DNA of 64,000 nt. It comes from Selaginella moellendorffii (taxonomy: Eukaryota > Plantae > Lycopodiophyta). A program made the translations under genes and the position numbers. Positions 21,746 to 33,772 of this stretch are shown piece after piece. Within the stretch, counting starts at the first letter, position 1. Each line of letters opens with the position of its first letter. The notes beneath the pieces are model-generated. The model made no database searches. It saw only the letters and a program-made list of their open reading frames with translations, and was not told the origin of the DNA. The DNA lies in NCBI RefSeq assembly GCF_000143415.4, contig NW_003314369.1, positions 248,001 to 312,000 on the forward strand, read 5' to 3'.

Positions 21746-23724
21746 GAGTGGGAAAATGCGGCAATATGCTTGCAAAGCTTGCCCTAGTTTATTTTTAACG
21801 AATGACAATATCGTCCAGCTCGAGTTCCATCCCGCGCAGCCCTGGCTCGCAGCTGCTCATGGATCTGGCGCCGTCTCGTCTGGGACTGGGAGGTGAGCTG
21901 CTCCTGCTCGGGAAATCGGGAAACCTCACATTCGAGGTTTCTAGCTCCTGTATTTCCTCGTTGTGGAGATCCGGGTAAAATATTTTTGGATGTGTCTCTT
22001 TGATCCACTCTGTTAGATACGAAATTCGTGGAGAAAGGTAACGACTGTGCCAGGGTTCCTTGGTTGTAATAGTGTTCTTCTTCTTTGCCTTGGCAGTGTG
22101 AAGCACATTAGATTTGACGATGATGATGGGTGGTGGACACTCATTCCTCTCCAGCTCAGTTCTCTCCATCCCGTTCTTCGGGTAGCTCTGGCTCCACTCG
22201 AGGCCGACACTTTCTCGTTGTCTGCTGCGAGAACAAAGACATCTTCTTCGATCTCAGCACAGTGCGTGCTCGGCAAACAAATCCTGGAAAACAAAGCGCC
22301 TCTACGGTATGTTTGTGAGCATCATTTCTTTTTTATCTAGCGTCGTCTTGGGTGATGCCAGTGTGGAGTTTCTTCTACGCTTCGCTTGTGGAGTTGGCAC
22401 GGCTTTTATGACGTCTAGCGGGGCGGTAAGTTGAGAGCTCTCGGGTTTTGATAGAGAGCCTAGTTAAATCTCTGAATTTCCAGACGCTTTTGGTGTCCGG
22501 GGCTATGAATGGAATTACTCTTTCCTGATTTGCCTCTGCAGGCTCACGATGGTGGTGTGCACGGTATGGAGATGGCCAAAGTACCAAGGGGACCTCCTCA
22601 ACTTGTAACCAAGATGTCATTGGCCATCTGGGATACCACTTCTTTCAGGGTAAGATACAGGTATTTCAAATTATTGCTGCAGGAACTTTCAATTATTGTA
22701 CAAAGATTTCCTTTCTCTCGAGTCAGTTTGTGTTTGCTGTGAATGTACACCTGACTTTTAGTTTTACCGTGCAGGTGTGTGTTCGTTGATGCGGGGGTAC
22801 GTGCCATTGATGTTGAAAGAAGGAAGAGATGAAAAACCGTGCAGCTCAGGGAGCCTCCATGGCAGATTGCTTTGTTGACTGTGGACACTTCGACCACCTA
22901 TATTACAGGTACGTTGGTTATACGCTTAGAAGTTTGGTAAATTTATTTCTGTCACAGGTTGTCCGGCTCGCTCCATCCCACGCTGCACCTTCAACTGCAC
23001 GGCCTCCGCCAGCCAAATGGATGTGGATGTAGAAGACAAGAAGGTTGCAGGCGTGGCATTGCGATGGGGGAGGCGGCGTTGCTGTAGCAGTATCCAGATC
23101 ACCTATGGAGCACAAGCGTCCTGGAGTCTGAGACGGCGTCCTTTGGATTGTTGACAGGTAACTGGATTACATTCATTTTAACGGAGCATGATCATATGTG
23201 GACGTGCACTTTGTATGACAGGTTCATGGTTTATCCACGGATGTCTTGCTGCTCACGGAGATGTTACGTTGCTAGCGTTGTGAAATGGTATGCTTTACTG
23301 ATTGGTAGTACTTGCTTTACTAGTAGTCCTTGTTTTGCAGAGCTTTCAGGCTTGGACGAGAGCACCATGACGACCTTGCTCAGTTTATACTAGGCATGGG
23401 CTATGCTACTGAAGCTTTACATCTGCTTGGCATTCGGTTTTGTGCTGAGCGAGTTGCTGTTGTATAGGCTGGAGTATGACCTCACAAGCAATGCCAAGCT
23501 GATGCAGTTTGACAACTAAGGAGAAAATAAGCGATGCTTTGTGAAGTTCTCCTGATGAGTTGGTAGATGCTGCTAAAAAACCTGGCGGTCCTGTCGAAGG
23601 GGAATCAAATGAAAATAGTCGAGCGCACATCCAGGTTTGTTTTTCTACATTCATTTGACCCATTGTAACAGCTCGTGCCTATTAGTTTAGATATAACAGG
23701 AGGCCCAGAAACGTTGGTAGTGGT

Positions 23725-24315
23725 AAGCTTTTTAGAGTTACGAAGGATCGGTTGCCTGATGATCACTTGCAGTTCGTCAACAAGTTACAAAGGTGGCTTC
23801 AAGGGATAAAGCAAGTTCAGACAAGTTTATGAAATGACAATGGAGAATTTGGACGATGCCTCTCTTCTTTTTTTCTCAGCTCAACACAACGATCAAGCAT
23901 AAGATCGACCAATCTAGAATCTCCAAAATCCGCGAATGGGTTCTTCCAAGAACGAAGCGCCGGTTTGGAGCATTGTGAATGCGGGGGATGGTGGGTGACG
24001 TCGACCAAAATGTCATGTATTTTCCAAAGACATCCTGCCATATGGTTTAAGTACATAGTATTGTTATTTTATTATTGGAGCCCGGTTGCTGAGAGCATGG
24101 CTATGAGGTAAGTGTAGAGGTAAACCGTTGTAGAAGACCCGGGTTCGATGCCGAAGAGTCCAACCAACAAGGACTTTATGCAAAAGTTTTTTGCTCAATA
24201 AGTAGTCCTAGTTCTGGTTTGCTAGCTCACTAAAAAGCTTAGACCAGTCGCTTAAGGCCCTGGTCTCCCAAACCATAGGTCTAGGGTTCGATTCTTTTTT
24301 GAAGATAGAATAAAG
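23725..24315 (+). repeat. Direct repeat copy 2, with an extra ~110 bp at 24095-24205
   Basis: Aligns with 21270-21745. Confidence 0.8.
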
Positions 24316-25395
24316 TAAGGAATATTCATGGCTAGATGGCTAACCTAGTTTTCCGCTTGTCCAGCAAGATTGCCCCTTGCAAAGTGATCGTCATCAGCAA
24401 CTCTTTCCATCCATGTTTGCTCTCCCAGAGTTTTTACTTCTCATCTTTGCTAGCCTTTTGGCAACCTAGAAGACCATGTTGAACCAGGTGAAGATTAAAA
24501 GTAAATTACATTTTTATTAAGCCTCGCCCTCTGCGATTATAAACTCACCCTTGCCAATTGCTACTGCACAGCAAACCAGTTGGAGGAGGTCCGACAGTTC
24601 GATTTTTCCCTGTTAGACGCATTGTTGGATCCCTTTGCGGGTATCTGATTATCATCTTTTGCTTCTTCTCCAGGAATGTATTCTCGAACGCGGACGGTTT
24701 GCCAGAACTCCACATTCCACAGGGACATGGTTGAAACTCCAGAAAAGATTGAAACCGGGGCTGGAAGTTGAGAAGAGCCTCGATTAGCGTACAAAGTGAG
24801 CCTGGGCTTGAGCCTCACAATTTCTAGAGACAGAAGATCGCCAAATGACAGAATAAACTCAAAGGTCTTTTAGCTTGAAAGAATAAAGTCAAAGGATATT
24901 CCGCTGAATTGGCGCTAAAGAATTTATTGGTATTTACCCAGCAGCCAAATGCAATGAACCTTTTCTACAGGAAGAAATATAATACCTGTTTGATCTGATT
25001 CCAGCTCCCGCGGATTCGCAGTGGAGGTTACAGGAGCATCCGGCAGTGGAAGATTAGACTTAACAAGAACAAAGCGCTAGCGAGCAAAGCAAAACCACCT
25101 TGACTAATCAATCGAATGGCTGCGCCGTCCACAGCTGTGGATCGCGATCCGGAGGGTTAGACGATGCTTGCAAGTGACCAGTTTCAAAGATCGAGCCAAG
25201 CAAGAAAGATCGAGGGTGGTCTTGAGAGGAAAGAAAGAATTTGCAGTCGGCTTGAAGACTCCAAGGGAGCTTTCTTTGCAATTCAAAAGAACACTTCAGA
25301 AGTTAAATTGAGAGACAGATGACTGTGTATGTGTTCGCGTGTCCCAGATACGTCCCCAGCCATGAGTGACAAGAAAGAAAGTGATCTCGGGCTAC

Positions 25396-25605
25396 TTACT
25401 CTTTGGAGGAACCAGTGCCGTGCTGCTCTTCTTTCTTCTTCTGCTCCTCCCGCTTCCACTGCTTGAGGCACGCCGGGCACTCCTCCGTCGTCAGATGCTT
25501 TAACTTGTGAGTGCTACACACCACCTCATGCCGCCCACAATGTAGCACGCCCCCGGTAGTCGCCTTCAAGGTGCCACCACAGGCGAAGCACTTGTTCTTC
25601 ACCAT
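25396..25605 (-). CDS. Small 69-aa Cys/His-rich putative Zn-binding protein
   Basis: MVKNKCFAC...HCGRHEVVCSTHKLKH...CPAC followed by a charged helix; may splice further 3'. Confidence 0.45.
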   Translation of the reverse strand: MVKNKCFACGGTLKATTGGVLHCGRHEVVCSTHKLKHLTTEECPACLKQWKREEQKKKEEQHGTGSSKE

Positions 25606-25833
25606 TTGCAACACTAGAGCTGGAGACTTCGAGCTGGAGCCGTGACAACAAAAGACAGCACTAGAGCTGGAGGTGGTGGGAAAACTAACTCCTGCTGTAC
25701 CAGGGATTCACCAGCAGCCGAGCAATCCATGGACAAAGACAGAAAACAGGCCGTGCGAGGGAAATGGTTAAAGTTTTTACAAAGTTTTAAACCTTACAAA
25801 AGGTGGCAGCCAACAAAGACGTTGAGCTTCCGA

Positions 25834-27294
25834 CTAGGTTTCGTCTTCTCCTGCGCGGCAGGAACTTGATTCCTTCGACCAAGCAGAAGAAGCACTAGGA
25901 CTGCTCTCCGCATCCGAATCCAAATCAAAATCCGTGCTCGACCCGGAGCAAGAAGAGCCTGTTCGCTCATCAGACGATACCGAAGACACGGTGGCGGCCT
26001 TCCCGTCGTCGTCGTCCCCGGAGCTCTCTCCTTCGCCTGAGGAGCTCGGTGAGCGCTCTCCTTCGTCTGACGAAGAACAAGAGCTTGGCCTCCTGCTCCA
26101 AGGCGGGGTCATGCACGCAACCTCCTCCTCACCGCCAACAATTCCCAGCTTCTGCAACTTACCACACAGCCTCTCCACACAAAGCTGCACAGCCTGCACG
26201 TCCCAAGTGCCCATCTCCATCTCCTCCTCGAACAGCACCTGAGGATCACAAGACTCGTGCGACCAGTGCCTCCTCGCATGCCCAGCCAACTCCGGTGCCC
26301 CCCCTCGAATCAGCTGCTGCTTGAAGAAGCCAAACAGCTCCTCGGCCTCCTCCTCATCCTCCTCCTTGTAGTAGGAAAACGGGAGAAAGAAACAAGCGGC
26401 CAAGCTCTGCACGGTCCCCGTCCTGGCCCCGTCCCAGTCCAGAATGCACTGGACGTGCCCCGATGCCGGATCCACCAGGACTTGGCGCGGTCCAAAGTCG
26501 GGGTGGTGAAGAAAAAACCGGCTCCCCCCGCTGGATTCTTGAAACTCGTCCAGCCACCTGAGCAAAATCGCCGCGTTTGCCCGTATCGATTCGCCATACC
26601 TGCGGCTGTTTCCATACAGCAGCACCAGCCCTCCAATGTGGTTCCTCGCGTACTCCTTCCACGACGAGTAAGGCCCGGGGCTGAGAGCCCCCACGTCCAT
26701 CCCGCGCTCCATCGCCTCGGACACCGGACTCTGCGGTACCGGTCCCAGGTGGACAGCCCCGGCACCGTCGGATGCGCCTACCGCCATGCCCCCCATCGAA
26801 TCCAACGGCCGCTGGTAGAGCCGGATGGTGACGTCTGCCAGGCCAGCGAGCACGGTCTTCTTCCACTCCACGGTGGCACCCTTCCTCCACAGCTCCCACG
26901 CCGGCACGCCCTCGGCGACGGGCATGACGGTCAGGTGGGATTTGCCGCGTGGCGTGTAGGGCAGCGGTGGCGATGCCACGCGGACGGGCCCTGCCACGAC
27001 GGTCGGGATGCCCAGCCCCGCCAGGAAGAGCGTCGCGGCGTAGCCCGAATCCGCCACCGGGCTTCTAATGCGGCTCTCACCTCCGAGTGGGAGTCGAATG
27101 GCAACGCGCTCTTCTCGTTTACCTTGATGACTTTGGTGGAGCTGGGCGTCGAGCACAAGATTCCAACTCCCCATACCTAGAATCCCGTTAAATCGAACGG
27201 CGCAACCCAGGATTCTACCCACGATCCTCTCCAGTTGCGCTGGAGAGCACAGAAAGCTTGAAAAGACGGCACTCCGCAGCTCCTTGTCCGCCAT
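25834..27294 (-). CDS. Intronless aminoglycoside-phosphotransferase (APH/choline-kinase-like) protein with Ser/acidic tail
   Basis: GSWN, AIRLP, GIP, AEG...W, GPYSS, FLHHPDFGPRQVLVD, ILDWDGA; telo-box immediately upstream. Confidence 0.8.
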   Translation of the reverse strand: MADKELRSAVFSSFLCSPAQLERIVGRILGCAVRFNGILGMGSWNLVLDAQLHQSHQGKREERVAIRLPLGGESRIRSPVADSGYAATLFLAGLGIPTVVAGPVRVASPPLPYTPRGKSHLTVMPVAEGVPAWELWRKGATVEWKKTVLAGLADVTIRLYQRPLDSMGGMAVGASDGAGAVHLGPVPQSPVSEAMERGMDVGALSPGPYSSWKEYARNHIGGLVLLYGNSRRYGESIRANAAILLRWLDEFQESSGGSRFFLHHPDFGPRQVLVDPASGHVQCILDWDGARTGTVQSLAACFFLPFSYYKEEDEEEAEELFGFFKQQLIRGGAPELAGHARRHWSHESCDPQVLFEEEMEMGTWDVQAVQLCVERLCGKLQKLGIVGGEEEVACMTPPWSRRPSSCSSSDEGERSPSSSGEGESSGDDDDGKAATVSSVSSDERTGSSCSGSSTDFDLDSDAESSPSASSAWSKESSSCRAGEDET

Positions 27295-27550
27295 CCTAGA
27301 AACCCTAACTTTTGTTGTACGGTAGACAACGTTAAAAGAAAAACACTTTTATCTTTTTTGTACGGTAGACAACATTCTTTTTTGTTAAACCTTAAGAACT
27401 TTAACTTACCAGTGTCTGTCAACGAAGTTGCGTGTCACCAAAGAAAACGCGGATGATTCATCGCCCAAATGCTTGGCTTGGTCGCGAAAGATTTTTTCTT
27501 TCTTCTCCTCCTTCCGGGGTACGTAGTAACACCATCCATTTCTCTCGAGA

Positions 27551-28297
27551 TCACGGGCTCATCGTCCTCCAGCAGCACGACCTCGACTTTTGGAGGAAGT
27601 GTGATCCTCTCCGCTCGAACGGATTGCTCGAGCTCTCGGGAGCTCCCAGCGTCCCAATCCTGCGGAGAGGCCAGTAGCGCAGCACCGATCTCCCGAGGAT
27701 GTTCTTCACGGGCAGCGGCCCCCAGTGGCACGAATCGTAGCTCTGGTTGCGGTTGTCGCCCATGACGAACACATGATCCTCGGGAACTAGCACCGGTCTC
27801 ACGTCGCACTGCCGGGGCTCTGCCGTGAAGAACTCGTTCCTGGGGTTACCGTTCACCACAAGCTTGCCATTGAGTACCTGGACGACGTCCCCGGCCTTCG
27901 CCACGATCCTCTTGACGAAGATGTTGTTGGGGATGCCGCTCTCGGAGGATGGCTGGAGGATCGACGCTGGTGGGCGAAAGAAGACGATGTCGTTCACCTC
28001 TGGGCGGACGAAGCAGTAGGAGATCTTGTCGACGAGGATGCGATCCCCGTCCTCGAAGGTCGGGTACATGGACAGGGAGGAGATGTACCTCAGCTCGGCG
28101 ATGAAGATCCTCAGAAAGATGGCGTAGAGTGCGAGAGTGACGAAGGCGGCGGACTTGAGCTTGATCCACGCGAAGATGTAGGAAGCGATCTTGACGGAGG
28201 CGACGGCGGCGCCATGTATTGCCTCGGAAGAGAGGATAATGCTGCTCGCATTCGCCATGCTTCCCCAGTTACAGAATTCCATCTGTAGCGACGACAT
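27551..28297 (-). CDS. Type I signal peptidase (thylakoidal processing peptidase-like, S26A), intronless CDS; start uncertain
   Basis: SLSMYPT (catalytic Ser), [15 protein letters not shown] (catalytic Lys), [16 protein letters not shown]. Confidence 0.9.
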   Translation of the reverse strand: MSSLQMEFCNWGSMANASSIILSSEAIHGAAVASVKIASYIFAWIKLKSAAFVTLALYAIFLRIFIAELRYISSLSMYPTFEDGDRILVDKISYCFVRPEVNDIVFFRPPASILQPSSESGIPNNIFVKRIVAKAGDVVQVLNGKLVVNGNPRNEFFTAEPRQCDVRPVLVPEDHVFVMGDNRNQSYDSCHWGPLPVKNILGRSVLRYWPLRRIGTLGAPESSSNPFERRGSHFLQKSRSCCWRTMSP

Positions 28298-29391
28298 TCT
28301 TCTCAGGGATTTCACGAGAGAACGAGATCGAGGCTCTTACCTCGAGCGAGCGATAATCCAGAAACCCTGACCGAGAGCTCCGGCGCCGCCTAAACCCTCA
28401 CCTCCAGACGATCGATCAGCTTAACGCGCCCATTCTGGGATCTGCGGCTTGAATCAAACAAGCCCCTGCTTGGTCGATCGATGGCCGCCGGCGCAGACGA
28501 GCATCTTCCCGAGGGGCGAGAATTTTCGTCCCCCGAATGAACTAGAACCCTAAATCCCAGACGCGTTTCTTTACACACGTGAGAATCAGCCGAATATGCT
28601 GATTTAGAGGATATGCGAATCCAACGGCTCGAATTTGTTCCAATTTGAGATTTTTGCGTTTCAACCGGCACCAGCCGGTGGATCGTAAAGTTGGAGGGAT
28701 CTTACGCCTTGTGGTCACTTGGTGGACATTCCGATCCCGCCAAGGCTTGAACTTCCCTTGCCGCTAACAGCTCTTGTTAGCCTAACCACACCCAGCAGAG
28801 GGAGCGCTCTTACTGGCTTAACTAACCAGACGCCAGTGTGAAACGGCGGTGGGAATATCCGGCGAAGCTTTAGCGCGATGGAATGCCGGAGAGTTCCAGT
28901 GAGAGCAGTGTGGGGGGAGAGCTGGGAGCAGATCCCACTGGCGCTCGCCGGCGCTACGCTGCCGCTCGGGGATTTTCAGCTACAGTGCGCTTCCATGCTC
29001 AAGGTACGTCGATTCCAGCAGGATTCTGGGGTTTCTCTGGTGAATTCGGGGTTTCCTGTAGCTCTTGCGCTCATATCTAGCCGCTGCCGTGCAATGGCAT
29101 GGATTCTAGGCTCGATTTCTCGCATTCTCGGCTGTTTTCGTGCTCCCGAGGGTTTAGTGTGCCGGCATTCTGGCTCTCTCTTGCAAGCAAGCATTTTCTT
29201 AGAATTGCATTTCATCTTCTTGTGTGGGCGAGCCATCTAATGGCGAATTTCTTCTTGGAGCAGTGTTAAGGCGACTAGGAGCAACGCCGACTAGGAGCAG
29301 CCTTTGATCCTGGTAAGGCTGGTCTCTCTCCTCGGACTTTAGCAAATTCGTGCTCCATGGAAACGCACAGTCTCTATAGCTCTTCGGCCCT

Positions 29392-31227
29392 ATGAAGTTG
29401 AAAGCAAGGAAGGCCGGAGTAACACCTTTGGGGGACACTCGTCCCTGCAAAAGGCGTAGAAAGGAGTCTGGGATGTGTGGCAAGGACGGCAAAACCATGT
29501 CTGCGGCGTCCATGATCACGTCCTCTTCTCGCAAGCGCAAAATTGGTAAGCATGCCTCGCTTCGATCAAACTTTTTCTTTTCTTTTCCCTTGAATTCACA
29601 CAAGTTCTAAAACTTACTACTGCTGCTTCGTGCAGAATGCCCGACTTCTCCAGTCACTAAAGCACGAGTAGTCGTCAGTGAAGAAGTAAAAGCCGTAGCC
29701 AACCTCATCACTTGTGTTTCCGAACAGTGTGATGGATTGTTGCCGCCACAGGTATTCTTATGACACTTGAATTCTTCTTTTGTTCACGTCTTACGACTGG
29801 TTTGTATAGGGGGAAGATGATAAGAAGGCCACAGGATTTTTCAGAAGTGCACTAGAAAATCCACCATCGAAGTCCTTATTTTCTCCGACCTTCAATTCAT
29901 CCAAGGGAAGCGCTAGCGAAGGATCAACGAGCTGCAACTCTACTGGTATATCTGCGGGAAGCCTTTTTTCTGTTTTTTTTTTCTTTCCAGTACCATGCCC
30001 ATTGACATTTACCGAATAACCATTGCAGTGGAGCAAGCGGACTGTCCAGATGAAAGCACGGACTCTTCAGAGATGACGACAGTCCGTCTCGGCAGCTCTC
30101 CCCCTCAGGAAAATGCGGCATTGGTTTCGTGCTCAACACTCGCAGAACAATGTACTTCTACGTGTGAAGCCTTAGCTTGCTCAAGCATAATCAGCGTCGG
30201 CGAGGATTGCATACGATGGGTGAATATGGAGGACGCCTCACTCGGCGAGCACAACCAAATAGTTTGCCAGCTCCAGGAAGAGGATGTTGATGTGGACCCT
30301 GCGGCCTTGTTCCTGGCTATGCACCAAACTGTGGAGAAGAGAGAAAAAGAAGCAACCGCAGATGAACCCGACGAGCTCGACAATTTCGATCCTTACCTTT
30401 TCATCAAGCACTTGCCAGATCTCTCGGAGGTTGTGGCTCCTTGTCGCCCGATGCTTTTACCCAAGCAAACGAGACGGTGTCCGCCAGTGACTCTCGTTCT
30501 AGATCTCGATGGTAAGCTTCTGGCAGTTCTGATTTTAATCTTTTCACTAACTCTGTACCTCGATCTGGCAGAAACGCTTGTCCATTCGACGCTGGAGCAC
30601 TGTGCCGACGCCGACTTCAGCTTCCCGGTGTACTTCAATTATCAAGAACACACCGTCTATGTACGCCGGAGGCCTCACCTTCAAGTGTTCCTGGAAAAAG
30701 TAGCGCAGCTCTTCGAGATCATCATCTTCACGGCGAGCCAGAGCGTGTACGCGGAGCAGCTGCTCAACATCCTTGACCCCAAGCGCAAGCTCATCCGGCA
30801 CCGGATCTTCAGAGACTCGTGCGTCTATGTGGACGGCAATTACCTCAAAGACTTGAGCATCCTCGGCCGTGATCTCTCCAAGGTCGCCATTGTGGACAAC
30901 TCGCCACAGGTATTGGCTTTTCCTGGTTTTAGCGTAGGCCGCCTTTGTTAATTCCTTTCTCGGTGGCTGCCTCTCATTATTTCCCGTTTTCCGCAGGCGT
31001 TTGGCTTCCAAGTCGACAATGGAATTCCCATCGAGAGCTGGTTCGACGACCGCTCCGACTGTGCCTTGCTCATGCTGCTGCCATTCCTGGAGACTCTCGC
31101 GACTGTGGACGATGTCCGGCCAGTCATCGCCAAGAAGTTTAACTTACGCAAGAAGATCGCTGCTGCAACGGAGCCAGCGTGCTTGGCCGAAAGGATGTTC
31201 GACCATCCTTGCACGGAAGTTTGCTGA
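29392..31227 (+). CDS. CTD small phosphatase-like (SCP/FCP1, CTDSPL2-like), multi-exon
   Basis: FDPYLFIK, TLVLDLD|ETLVHS (DxDxT), VRRRP, FTASQSVYA, YLKDLSILGRDL, VDNSPQ|AFGFQVDNGIPIESWF. Confidence 0.93.
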
Positions 31228-32923
31228 GAATGCTGCGAAGAACAGCGAGAGAAGAACAAGAAAAGAAAGCAAGAACAGGGAAGGGAAATGATACCAGTGC
31301 TGCTGCCGCCGCTACTCCAGGTGCAAAAGAATGAAGATTTTTTTTCTCAGTTTTGTGCGACGACTTCTAACCGTGGCAAAGCTTTCTCCCTGCTGCTGCT
31401 GCTGCTACTCCGAGAGTTTCCTCCCAGATCCCAGATTTAACTCCTCCTGGTGTGAGTTTCGATCGATCCTCGCGACGGGATGGAATTTAACTCCAGCGAC
31501 ACAAGTGAGAGGTTCTTGGCATGCTAGAACCTCTCGGGTGTTTCGCTAGACTCCAGTGTACCATAGTGTTGTTCTCATATACGTATGAGTTATAGTGACA
31601 AAGCATCAACGGCCAGGAAACGAGACTCGAAGCATCAACGGCCAGGAACCAGACGAGTTTAAATAAAACTTGGCGCCACTGTTTGAATAAGGTTTTAGGG
31701 ATTTTCTAAGCTAACGATCGCCAGATTCGTGTGTGGGGTGCCCGGCGGCATTTCCGTGCTCCAGGCTGAGAAAATCTCGAGCGCTTGTGGCTGGATTGAC
31801 TGGTGACACCGCAGAGGTACCGAAATCTCTCTTTTCTTTGTGAGACTGTGTGCTGGAGATCAGGCATGCAGGAATCTGGTCCTTGCGGGAATTGGAATCC
31901 TCATTGTGAGGGACGACAGCACGGCCGTGTTTGCCATGATCACAACGCGGAGAACAAGTCCGTAGGTACTTCAGTGGTGGATGTGGAGAACTACGACGTT
32001 GTCATCCTCAACTTCGACGCTGTCAAAGACAAGGTGTGTGTGTGTGTGTTTACTTTTCTGTTTGATTCCTCTCTTTTTGTTCTACTTTCTTTGATGCTTT
32101 ACTTTGTGTGTTTCTATTTCTCCCTTCTACACTGTTGGGTTCACGGAGGGAAATCTTTGTCGATTTGCAGACCCATACTTACACTTACAAGGTCCACTTT
32201 TTTTTTGTCACACAATCCGCTTTGTCTTTTAACTTTTTCTTGGCTTGCAGGCTGCGGCGCCCGAGAGTTGTGAGCTTACAAAGAAGTTCCCGAGCTTTAA
32301 GGTAAAACCTTGTTTCCTAGTTCACAATTGGGATACAATGTAAGCATGTAGGACGTATTAAAACTGCCTTCGAAAGAGGATAAGTAAGCTCTTCTTTGCA
32401 ATGCGAGGTAAGGGAAGTTCATGTCGGGCATAACTAGCTCTGTTGGCCAGTCCTAGAAGAATTTGTTCAGGCGACTGGACGCAAGCCGGCCCCGAAAATC
32501 TTCCCCGAACTGCTCGCGTTGCGAACGCAAATGTGCCGCAAGCAGGTGGTGGTGGTTTTCGTGTTTTGCGGAAGCAAAAACTAATCTCCACGATGGTGGT
32601 GCCAGGGTGTGGCCGACTCGTTGATCCCGGAAAGCCTTCTCAGGGGACTGGCTGACGCGGATTCCACCAGTGACTCCCAGGCAAGTCACTCCGCTCTTCC
32701 TTGTTTGCAAAGCGCTAAAAATCGCTGTGTTTTACAGGAAAGTAGTCAAGGCTTTGCCTTGCAAAGGAGAAAGGAGATTGCATTTTCTACTTCGACACGA
32801 ACGACAGTAAAGGAATCATCGAGGAGATAATCAGTTACATAGAGGGAGAGGAAGAAGGAGGAGGAGGCTTGTTGGGTGACAGAAGAAGCGCTGACGAATA
32901 CAAGCGTGGAGGCTACCACCCAC

Positions 32924-33772
32924 GACTGCTGGCAACGACTGCTCATATTGTATATATGAAGCTATATATACACGGGCTGTGGCAACTGCCTAATGCCACA
33001 TCATCCTAACTGCCTAGCTAAGCATCTACCTGAGCATCTACTCTCAACACTCCCACTCAGGCGTGTCTACAAACTGAGACAAAGCCTGAACATAAGATGC
33101 TCAGCATGCATACAACTGACACTGACTCCCACTCAAAGCAACTACATCTTGTTGCTCTAGGGCTTGCTGCCTCTGCCACTCTTGGCTGCTTTGCCATCGC
33201 TCCTTTGGCTGTTGCTGCTCCTCTCTTGGAGCTCTTTTGCCATCGCTCCTTTGGCTCCTCTCTTGGAGCTCTTTTGCCACTGCTGGGCTTCTCAGCCAAC
33301 TCTGCCGCTGCTATCTGCTGCCGCTCACTTGGCTGCTGCTGCTCGTCTCTTCAAGCATCTTGGCCGTTCTGCTTCTCGGCCTGCTGAGTCACTGCTCTGC
33401 TGCTCCTGGGCTTCTTGGCTGCTCTGCTGCTCCTCTCTTGGAGCATATCAGCATCTTCTGCCGCTCCATGGCTTCTGAGTCGGTACTATCTGCCGCTGGT
33501 ACGGCTCTGCCGTTGCTTTGTTGCTGCGCTCTAGGCTACTCTGCTTCTGCCGCTGTTGGCATCTGGAAGCTTCTTCTTCTTCTTCATCCTTCACAGGTCC
33601 TCAAGATCTGTGCTCTGATACCATGATACAAAAGGCAGTGACTAGTGACTGCTGGCAACGACTGCTCATATTGTATATATGGAGCTATATATACACGGGC
33701 TGTGGCAACTGCCTAATGCCACATCATCCTAACTGCCTAGCTAAGCATCTACCTGAGCATCTACTCTCAACA
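32924..33772 (-). mobile_element. TRIM (small non-autonomous LTR retrotransposon)
   Basis: 149-bp LTR at 33624-33772 (TG..CA) and a near-identical copy truncated by 23 bp at 32924-33049. iMet PBS TGGTATCAGAGC at 33612-33623, PPT at 33050-33059, low-complexity interior. Confidence 0.85.

Noticed and set aside
21780-23700. Exon-like fragments between the direct repeats
   Set aside because: Multiple stops and no family could be assigned
28390-28399. CTAAACCCT, identical to a telomerase RNA template
   Set aside because: Better explained as a telo-box in a gene leader; no Pol III USE/TATA context recognised
31735-31820. GGGGTGCC...GGCTGAGAAAATCTC resembles the P2/P3 half of a TPP riboswitch
   Set aside because: The P4/P5 half fits poorly and no thiamine gene is adjacent. 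A significant Rfam RF00059 cmsearch hit would be needed.
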